Assembly: GCA_047516705.1 (NCBI GenBank)
Contig: JAKZUG010000116.1
Span: 1-41,288 of the forward strand
Length of the DNA: 41,288 nt
Reading direction: 5' to 3'
DNA from: Candidatus Poribacteria bacterium
GTDB lineage: Bacteria > Poribacteria > WGA-4E > WGA-3G
The notes beneath the pieces are model-generated. The model was not told the DNA's origin. It made no database searches and saw only the letters and a program-made list of their open reading frames with translations. Positions within the stretch are counted from its first letter, which is position 1; each line of letters starts with the position of its first letter. This document shows positions 35,585-41,288 of the stretch, in pieces. A program made the position numbers and the translations under genes.

Positions 35585-35613
35585 GATAGGCGCGCTGATG
35601 AAGCGCGCCTATC
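35585..35613. terminator. perfect 11-bp-stem hairpin (REP-like / possible terminator downstream of the LamG gene)
   Basis: GATAGGCGCGC-tgatgaa-GCGCGCCTATC. No U-tract on either strand. The stem sequence resembles the GTAGGCGCG repeat core. Confidence 0.45.
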
Positions 35614-35643
35614 GGAAAATGGTTTGAATCTCTCCCATTTTCG

Positions 35644-36474
35644 TTAGTTTGCTTTAAGCCTGCCCCAAGTAGTTGCGAGTTTATCGCGCGCTTCTACTGC
35701 AGTGAGCAACGGTCCAAGACCGTTGTTCATAATATCATTGACCTCTTTCTCTGATAAACCGCGTTTCCAGACGTTAAGCTCATCCATCAATCCAGTGAAA
35801 GGTCGGTTGTCATCAATGTTAACGCCAACGCGAGCACCCGAATCCCAATCTCCTACGATAGGCGTGCCGACGCGAGCCGCTTCTTCACCGACCTTCACGC
35901 CGTTGATGTAAAGCACCGCTAATCCATCTGCCCGACTGAATGTTCCAGCGTAATGCATCCATTCATTGGCTTTGTTTTCGCCAGCCTTGATGTCGAATAT
36001 AGTTGTGCCACCCGGACTCCGATTCAACCAACGGTAGTTTCCACCGCCGCGTGCTTCGGGGTGTACAAGCCATGTACCATCACCTGCGCGGGCGTTGAAA
36101 ATCGCCATGTCTGTAACGGCTTCAACGTTGAGCCACGCGAGAATACTCATGCCTTCGGTTGGGATGTCCTCAGCCTTAACATTGGGACCGTCTAAATCCA
36201 GAAAGCTGCCGGCTGCGAAAAGGGCGGCTTTACCAAACTTCCCATCGTCAGATTGCGTTACCGTTCCATTAATCGCGCCATCGTAACCACGTCCAGATTT
36301 TTCAAGGACGGTATCTCCATCAAAGTCTTCATAGTCGAAATACAGTACCAAATCCGGATCCAGGACCTGGGCGGATGCGGTCTGCATTTCAGTGAATTCT
36401 GTCGTATATAAACAGAGCGCGCCTATCAGAAGTAAGCACACCAGATAAGGGGTTAGTTTTAGATTCCGTTTCAT
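35644..36474 (-). CDS. secreted LamG (concanavalin A-like lectin, Laminin_G_3-type) domain protein, paralog 1
   Basis: ATG at 36474 follows AGGAGG. Signal peptide MKRNLKLTPYLVCLLLIGALCLY. LamG_3 hallmarks EKSGRGYDGAINGTV, EWMHYAGTF, LYINGVKVGE and PFTGLMDELNVWKRGLSEKEV. Confidence 0.88.
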   Translation of the reverse strand: MKRNLKLTPYLVCLLLIGALCLYTTEFTEMQTASAQVLDPDLVLYFDYEDFDGDTVLEKSGRGYDGAINGTVTQSDDGKFGKAALFAAGSFLDLDGPNVKAEDIPTEGMSILAWLNVEAVTDMAIFNARAGDGTWLVHPEARGGGNYRWLNRSPGGTTIFDIKAGENKANEWMHYAGTFSRADGLAVLYINGVKVGEEAARVGTPIVGDWDSGARVGVNIDDNRPFTGLMDELNVWKRGLSEKEVNDIMNNGLGPLLTAVEARDKLATTWGRLKAN

Positions 36475-36640
36475 CTTTTGAAATCCTCCTTTAGATGAAC
36501 CATTCTTTACTTTTTTACAACATTTAGCCACTTGCATTAAAGCTTATCACTTTCCCTTGGATAGGCACGTCACTCGCACTTTTTATCAACTGTCCAATGA
36601 CGCGCCAAGCAAAAAGTGAGTTAATTTATTTCGATTTACC

Positions 36641-37471
36641 CTAATTTGACTTGAGTCTACCCCAAGTCGTTGCCAGTTTGCCTTGTGCCTCTACGGCGAA
36701 AAATTCTTCAATACCATCGTTCATGATAGCATTGACTTCTTCTTCAGTCAAACCGCGTTTCCAAACGTTAAGCTCATCCATCAGTCCGGCGAAGGGACGG
36801 TTGTTGTCAATGTTATAGCCGACGCGGGCTCCAGAATCCCAGTCTGGTGCGATAGGGGTTCCGACGCGCGCTTTTTCTTCGCCAACATTCTTGCCGTCTA
36901 TGTAAAGCACGCCTAATCCGTCGGCACGACTGAACGTACCAGCGTAATGCACCCACTCGTTGGCTTTGTTTTTACCACCCCGGATGTCGAATATCGTTGC
37001 GCCACCTGGACTCCGATTCAACCAACGGTAATTTCCATCGCCGCGTGCTTCGGGATGGACAAGCCATGTGTTATCACCGGCACGCGCGTTGAAAATTGCC
37101 ATATCTGTGACGGCACCAACGTGGATCCACGCCACGACACTCATCCCTTCAGTGGGAATATCGTCGGGGTCTATATTGGGGCCATCTAAGTCAAGGAAGC
37201 TACCAGATGTAAATTCAGCAGCTTTCCCGAACTTGCCGTCGTCCGACTGTGTGATCTTCCCATTAATTGCACCATCGTAACCGCGTCCAGATTTTTCAAC
37301 GACGGTATCACCTTTAAACTCTTCATAATCGAAATACAACACTAAATCCGGGTCTAAGGCATCGGCTGATGCGAATTCTGTCGTATATAGACAGAGCGCG
37401 CCTATCAGCAGTAAACACACCAGATAAGCGTGCAGCTTGCAAGCCGATATTATAGATAAATTGCGTTTCAT
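36641..37471 (-). CDS. secreted LamG domain protein, paralog 2
   Basis: ATG at 37471 follows AAAGGAG. About four-fifths of residues are identical to paralog 1 by eye, with the same motifs and the same C-terminal KLATTWGRLK tail. Confidence 0.88.
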   Translation of the reverse strand: MKRNLSIISACKLHAYLVCLLLIGALCLYTTEFASADALDPDLVLYFDYEEFKGDTVVEKSGRGYDGAINGKITQSDDGKFGKAAEFTSGSFLDLDGPNIDPDDIPTEGMSVVAWIHVGAVTDMAIFNARAGDNTWLVHPEARGDGNYRWLNRSPGGATIFDIRGGKNKANEWVHYAGTFSRADGLGVLYIDGKNVGEEKARVGTPIAPDWDSGARVGYNIDNNRPFAGLMDELNVWKRGLTEEEVNAIMNDGIEEFFAVEAQGKLATTWGRLKSN

Positions 37472-37659
37472 GTCAAAATCTCCTTTAACGAACTGTTCGT
37501 TTGTTTTTTTACAAACGACTACTCTTATTAAAAGTTTACCACTTTTCCATTCGTATGTGCAACAAAAATCGAAAATTTTCTTGATTTTAACTTCGTTTTG
37601 GTGTAAGTTGCAGTGTTGAAAAATGTATACAAATCTATACATTTTTATTCAAATTTTAC

Positions 37660-37689
37660 TTGACGAAAAACGCTAAAATAAGGTATAAT
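37660..37689 (+). promoter_or_regulatory. sigma70-type promoter of tnpB
   Basis: TTGACG (37660-37665), 18-nt spacer, TATAAT (37684-37689). Confidence 0.55.
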
Positions 37690-37703
37690 GATGCTATTAC
37701 ATT

Positions 37704-37744
37704 GACAGGCATTACGAGCGTTACCGCTCGGTAGTGTGCCTGTC
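37704..37744 (+). other. left-end sub-terminal imperfect palindrome of the TnpB element
   Basis: GACAGGC-atta-CGAGCG ttac CGCTCG-gtagtgt-GCCTGTC: a 7-bp outer stem, an internal loop, a 6-bp inner stem and a TTAC loop. This resembles IS200/IS605 end hairpins. Confidence 0.5.
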
Positions 37745-37784
37745 TCTCACTCGCAAGGGGATGAAGCGTGATATGCGAGATACC

Positions 37785-38873
37785 ATGTTATTGCGATCAC
37801 ATCAGATTCAACTGAATCCGAATAATAAGCAGTCTACCTTGATGGCGCAACATTGTGGCTATGCCCGTGTCGCCTATAACTTTGCGGTATCCGCTTTCAA
37901 AGCAGCATTAGCTGCAGACAACTGGCGCACTGAGCAGGACATCCGAAAGGAACTCAATGCTCGAAAAGATGACCTCTACCCTTGGTGTCATGGGCTTTCA
38001 CAAAATGCGTCAAAGAATGCGATCCGCAACTTCGGTGATGCCGTCAAGCGATGGAAAAATAGGCAAAACAGGTTTCCAGTGTCTAAAAAGCGAAGTGGTA
38101 GATGTTCCTACCAAGCCGACAATGGCATTAACACTGTTGAAGTCTATAAAAAGCGTATCAACTTGCCGAAGATCGGCTGGGTGCGGATGCGTGAAGAACT
38201 TCGTTATACCGGTGAAGTCTCTAAAGTTGTTGCGTCTCGTAAAGACGATCGCTGGTTTGTTTCCATCCTTTTTCGGTGTGATAGCAACACCTCTGAATGC
38301 CAACCTCCACTTTTTGATGACAGGCAACCGATAGGTGTTGATGTTGGCATCAACACGCTTGCCACCTGTTCAGATGGTAGTGTTTATTCCAACCCGCGTC
38401 CTCTCAAACGATATGAACGCAAACTCAGGCGTGCCAACAAAGCTTTGTCGCGTAAAGTGTATCTTTCAAAGAACTGGCATAAAGCCCGCAAAGCACTCTC
38501 ACATGTCCATTATCGGATCGCTTGTATCCGAAAAGACACCCACCAGAAAGCCAGCACAAGTATCGTCGGAAAAGCGTCTACCATCGGTATAGAGACGCTA
38601 AATATATCCGGACTGCTGAAGAACAGACGATTGTCGAAAGCACTCTCAGACTCGGCTCTGTCTTACTTCCTGACGATGTTGAAATACAAGGCAGAGCGTT
38701 TGGGTATACCTATCATCGAAGCCGATCAGTTTTTCGCGAGTTCAAAAACTTGCAGCCACTGCGGACACAAGAAAACAGACCTCACGCTCTCGGATCGCAC
38801 CTATCACTGCACAGAATGCGGTTTTGAATGTGACAGAGACCTCAACGCGGCTATTAACTTGTGTCCAGCGTAA
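37785..38873 (+). CDS. tnpB: TnpB RNA-guided endonuclease (IS605 OrfB family)
   Basis: N-terminus MLLRSHQIQLNPNNKQ. RuvC-I IGVDVGINTLAT, RuvC-II IGIETLNISGL, zinc ribbon CSHCGH..CTECGF, and RuvC-III CDRDLNAAINL. Confidence 0.92.
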   Translation: MLLRSHQIQLNPNNKQSTLMAQHCGYARVAYNFAVSAFKAALAADNWRTEQDIRKELNARKDDLYPWCHGLSQNASKNAIRNFGDAVKRWKNRQNRFPVSKKRSGRCSYQADNGINTVEVYKKRINLPKIGWVRMREELRYTGEVSKVVASRKDDRWFVSILFRCDSNTSECQPPLFDDRQPIGVDVGINTLATCSDGSVYSNPRPLKRYERKLRRANKALSRKVYLSKNWHKARKALSHVHYRIACIRKDTHQKASTSIVGKASTIGIETLNISGLLKNRRLSKALSDSALSYFLTMLKYKAERLGIPIIEADQFFASSKTCSHCGHKKTDLTLSDRTYHCTECGFECDRDLNAAINLCPA

Positions 38874-39003
38874 AACCATCGTCGCCACGAGTTGCGAGGA
38901 GACGCTAAATGCCTGTGGAGTTCGTGTAAGACCTCAATCGGAGGCAGCGAACGTTGAAGCAGGAAGTATGGCAACAATCAAACAGACTTGGTAGATTTGT
39001 ATA
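38760..39003 (+). ncRNA. candidate omega-RNA (reRNA) scaffold of TnpB; extent approximate
   Basis: In characterised TnpB loci the guide RNA scaffold spans the 3' end of tnpB and the right end of the element. Here 130 nt of non-coding, stem-rich sequence (CCTCaatcGGAGG, GTTGAAGCAGGAAG) follow the stop codon, up to the right inverted repeat. Confidence 0.35.
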
Positions 39004-39120
39004 GATACATAGATACGAATACATTTTACTACATTTCTGAGATTTGTTTAAGTCCTACACAACGGTAGACTGATTTAGAATATGAATAGAAAAATTTAAG
39101 GTGTCAAAAGGGAGCTAAGG

Positions 39121-39852
39121 TTGCAAAGTGTAGGAATTATTCCGGCCCGCTATGCCTCAAGCCGTTTTGAGGGAAAGCCGTTGGCGAACCTGCTGGGGAA
39201 GCCGATGGTGCAACATGTCTACGAAAGTGCGTGTCGCGCAGAAACGCTGGATGAAGTTATTGTCGCAACGGACGACCACCGGATTTACGATGCTGTGACC
39301 AAATTCGGTGGAAAGGCCCAGATGACCGGTCCTTGCGAAACCGGTACCGAACGCGTTGCTGTTGTCGCAGAACACTTAGAATGTGATATTATCGCCAATA
39401 TTCAAGGGGATGAACCGTTACTCAAACCTGCACAAATAGACCTGATGCTGCAACCTATCCTCGACAAACCGGAGGTCCAGGTTTGCACATTAAAACAGCG
39501 GGTTAAAACCGCGATAGATTACCGGGATATTAACGTCGTGAAAGTTGTTACAGACCTTCACGGCGATGCGTTATACTTTTCGCGCGCCTCTATCCCCGGG
39601 AAAATCACTGAAACGGAACTGCACAAATTTCCTGTATATCGGCATGTCGGGTTGTACGCTTACCGGCGCGAGCAGCTCCTCGCTTTCACAAGCTGGAACC
39701 GGACACCTTATGAACTGGCGGAAGGTTTGGAACAGCTACGATTTTTGGAAAACGGTGTCCGTATTCATGTCGTCGAAACGGATATGCCACTTATTGGCGT
39801 TGACGTGCCCGCCGACTTGGAACGGGTAAAACAGATTTTAGAGTTTTCATAA
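39121..39852 (+). CDS. kdsB: 3-deoxy-manno-octulosonate cytidylyltransferase (CMP-Kdo synthetase)
   Basis: GIIPARYASSRFEGKPLANLLGKPMVQHVYE, VATDD and IQGDEPL. TTG start preceded by GGGAG. Confidence 0.92.
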   Translation: MQSVGIIPARYASSRFEGKPLANLLGKPMVQHVYESACRAETLDEVIVATDDHRIYDAVTKFGGKAQMTGPCETGTERVAVVAEHLECDIIANIQGDEPLLKPAQIDLMLQPILDKPEVQVCTLKQRVKTAIDYRDINVVKVVTDLHGDALYFSRASIPGKITETELHKFPVYRHVGLYAYRREQLLAFTSWNRTPYELAEGLEQLRFLENGVRIHVVETDMPLIGVDVPADLERVKQILEFS

Positions 39853-39862
39853 GGATATTTTT

Positions 39863-41288
39863 ATGACAAAGTACATTTTTGTGACGGGAGGAGTTATCTC
39901 AGGTATTGGTAAAGGGATTACAACGGCATCTCTCGGTAGGTTGCTGATCAATCGCGGGTTCAGGGTGATCGTCGTCAAAATTGATCCATACCTTAATGTT
40001 GATGCGGGAGTGATGAATCCGTTCCAACACGGCGAGGTTTTTGTCACCCATGATGGTGCAGAAACCGATCTGGACATAGGCAATTATGAGCGGTTTCTTG
40101 GCATAGACCTGAACCAATATTCTAACTTCACCACCGGTTCCGTCTATAGTGAAGTGATCGCCAGAGAACGACGGGGCGACTACCTCGGTCAAACGGTGCA
40201 GCTGATTCCACATATTACTGATGAAATCAAGCGGCGTATCTACCAGATCGGAGAGAATAACAAAGCGGAGATCGTGATTACCGAGATAGGGGGCACTATC
40301 GGAGATTTTGAGATGCCGCCTTTCGTTGAAGCCATCCGACAAATGGCAGTTGAAGTCGGACGCGAGAATACGATGTTCCTCCATGTGTCACTGATTTACA
40401 CCTTACCTAATAGCGAAAGCAAAAGCAAACCGACACAGCATAGCATCCGCAAACTCCAAGAGTTGGGTGTCCAGCCAGATGTGTTACTCTGCCGCACCAG
40501 CCAAACTTTAGATGAAGCTTTCCGCCAAAAAATTGCACTCCTCTGCGGTATTGCTGAAGAATGCATTTTTGAAGGATTGGACACAAATTGCGTTGATGAG
40601 ATCCCCCTTAATTTTGAAAGACAAGGTATGGGGCATCTCGTCTCAAAGAAACTCGGACTTGAAGCACGCGCACCGATGGATGCTAAATGGGCTGCAATGG
40701 TTGAAAAATTGAAAAACCCGAAACAGCACGCGCGAGTCGCTATCGTGGGAAAATACACAACAGGCAGCGATGCATATATTAGTGTGCAGGAAGCACTCAA
40801 ACATGGTGGAATCGCCAACGAAGCCTCGGTCGAAATCGAGTGGATAGAAGCTGAATCGCTCACGGAACATCCGAACCTTGATACTATTTTTAAAAATGCT
40901 GATGGGATACTCGTCCCAGGTGGGTTCGGTTATCGCGGCATTGAAGGGATGTTGGTTGCTGCACGATACGCACGTGAAAATAGAATCCCGTATTTGGGGT
41001 TATGTCTCGGCATGCAGTGCCTCGTCATTGAGTTTGCTCGGCACGTTGCGAACCTTAAAAAAGCAAATAGCACAGAAGTAGACGAGAATACACCTTATCC
41101 TGTTATAGATTTAATGCATGAACAACGTTCGGTGGCTGACCTCGGTGCAACGATGCGACTCGGAATTTATCCGTGTGTCCTGAAAGAAAACACCAAAAGT
41201 TATGATGCTTATCAACAACCTATTATTGTAGAGCGACACCGTCATCGCTATGAGTTAAATAATTTATATCGATCACAATTAGAATCGG
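39863..41288 (+). CDS. pyrG: CTP synthase (3' end cut by window edge; not listed in the ORF track)
   Basis: My own translation from the ATG at 39863 has no stop through to 41288. It reads MTKYIFVTGGVISGIGKGITTASLGRLL, IDPYLNVDAGVMNPFQHGEVFVT, SKSKPTQHS, the glutaminase GLCLGMQ and ERHRHRYE. Confidence 0.95.
   Translation, partial: MTKYIFVTGGVISGIGKGITTASLGRLLINRGFRVIVVKIDPYLNVDAGVMNPFQHGEVFVTHDGAETDLDIGNYERFLGIDLNQYSNFTTGSVYSEVIARERRGDYLGQTVQLIPHITDEIKRRIYQIGENNKAEIVITEIGGTIGDFEMPPFVEAIRQMAVEVGRENTMFLHVSLIYTLPNSESKSKPTQHSIRKLQELGVQPDVLLCRTSQTLDEAFRQKIALLCGIAEECIFEGLDTNCVDEIPLNFERQGMGHLVSKKLGLEARAPMDAKWAAMVEKLKNPKQHARVAIVGKYTTGSDAYISVQEALKHGGIANEASVEIEWIEAESLTEHPNLDTIFKNADGILVPGGFGYRGIEGMLVAARYARENRIPYLGLCLGMQCLVIEFARHVANLKKANSTEVDENTPYPVIDLMHEQRSVADLGATMRLGIYPCVLKENTKSYDAYQQPIIVERHRHRYELNNLYRSQLES

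Larger units (their letters stand above)
35644..37560. repeat. tandem duplication of about 1 kb (LamG gene plus its upstream leader)
   Basis: 35644-36560 and 36641-37560 align at DNA level through the coding sequence. The alignment continues into the 5' leaders (TTTTTTACAACATTTAGCCACTT.. versus TTTTTTTACAAACGACTACTCTT..). Confidence 0.75.
37626..39003 (+). mobile_element. solo TnpB element (IS200/IS605-type, IS1341-like; no TnpA); boundaries tentative
   Basis: Contains a tnpB ORF, its own consensus promoter, a sub-terminal imperfect hairpin on the left and a structured 3' non-coding tail. A 12-bp inverted repeat TATACAAATCTA (37626-37637) / TAGATTTGTATA (38992-39003) brackets the unit (1378 bp). 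Confidence 0.6.

Noticed and set aside
36414-36431. The REP-like string ATAGGCGCGC occurs inside both LamG coding sequences (also at 37390-37407).
   Set aside because: It encodes the LLIGALCL stretch of the signal peptides and is duplicated with the genes. This is most simply a coincidental resemblance to the intergenic repeat core.
35953-37280. Two pairs of mutually similar plus-strand ORFs (35953-36195 / 36947-37189 and 36095-36286 / 37068-37280).
   Set aside because: They resemble each other only because they lie antisense to the duplicated LamG genes. They have no start context or motifs of their own.
36475-37642. Long N-terminal extensions of both LamG ORFs in the track (starts at 36537 and 37642).
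   Set aside because: Both paralogues share an ATG (36474 and 37471) preceded by an AGGAGG-type RBS and followed by a typical signal peptide. The extensions are not conserved between the paralogues.
37734-37784. Upstream start of the tnpB ORF (MCLSLTRKGMKRDMRDT).
   Set aside because: This segment is the right arm of the left-end hairpin. TnpB proteins characteristically begin at the M-x-x-(K/R)-x-(Y/H)-x-(F/I)-x-L segment, which is MLLRSHQIQL at 37785.
39847-40870. Four minus-strand ORFs (78, 161, 155 and 75 aa) are the only track entries across this region.
   Set aside because: The plus strand encodes an uninterrupted, unmistakable CTP synthase from 39863 to the window edge. It is missing from the track only because it has no stop codon. 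The minus-strand ORFs are antisense artefacts with no recognisable motifs.
1-41288. I searched the intergenic regions by eye for tRNA, rRNA, tmRNA or riboswitch-like structures.
   Set aside because: I found no cloverleaf-compatible segments (no GTTCRANYC T-loop context with a matching acceptor stem) and no conserved riboswitch cores. A covariance-model scan would be needed to be certain.

Overview
This 41.3 kb window is almost fully coding bacterial chromosome. The host is diderm, since Kdo, heptose and Wza/Wzc envelope genes are present. It is probably an uncultivated, sulfatase- and LamG-rich lineage, but the phylum cannot be assigned from the sequence alone.

Gene order, left to right:
- an AAA+ ATPase cut by the left edge, then accD, topA, ftsE-ftsX and a PolX/PHP protein;
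- a cytoplasmic alkaline-phosphatase-superfamily phosphodiesterase;
- a five-gene minus-strand operon: heptose-7-P kinase, GmhB, a nucleotide-sugar dehydrogenase, a coiled-coil NYN nuclease-domain protein and a secreted 8-repeat propeller-like protein;
- Wza and Wzc;
- two Bmp-type ABC permeases with no ATPase or binding protein;
- a DegT-type aminotransferase and GlpD;
- an orphan NucS-like PD-(D/E)xK nuclease-domain protein and a solitary BatA-type VWA protein;
- LivK-LivH-LivM with no ATPases;
- a lipoprotein, a PAP2 phosphatase, a small HTH ORF and a sulfatase;
- two tandemly duplicated LamG proteins;
- a solo TnpB element (no TnpA) with its own promoter and a candidate omega-RNA;
- kdsB, then pyrG. 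pyrG runs off the right edge and is missing from the supplied ORF track.

I found no rRNA, tRNA or CRISPR array. Intergenic DNA carries at least three short repeat families: two MITE-like families with inverted termini, and a REP-like GTAGGCGCG..TTTGTAA core.

I could not identify an unambiguous new multi-gene defence system. The best candidates for novelty are:
- the coiled-coil NYN protein plus secreted repeat protein embedded in the heptose operon;
- the orphan PD-(D/E)xK protein with an unassigned C-terminal half;
- FtsE and PolX, which both look catalytically dead;
- the TnpB element, bounded by an unexpected 12-bp inverted repeat.

All family assignments rest on motifs read by eye. No database search was run.
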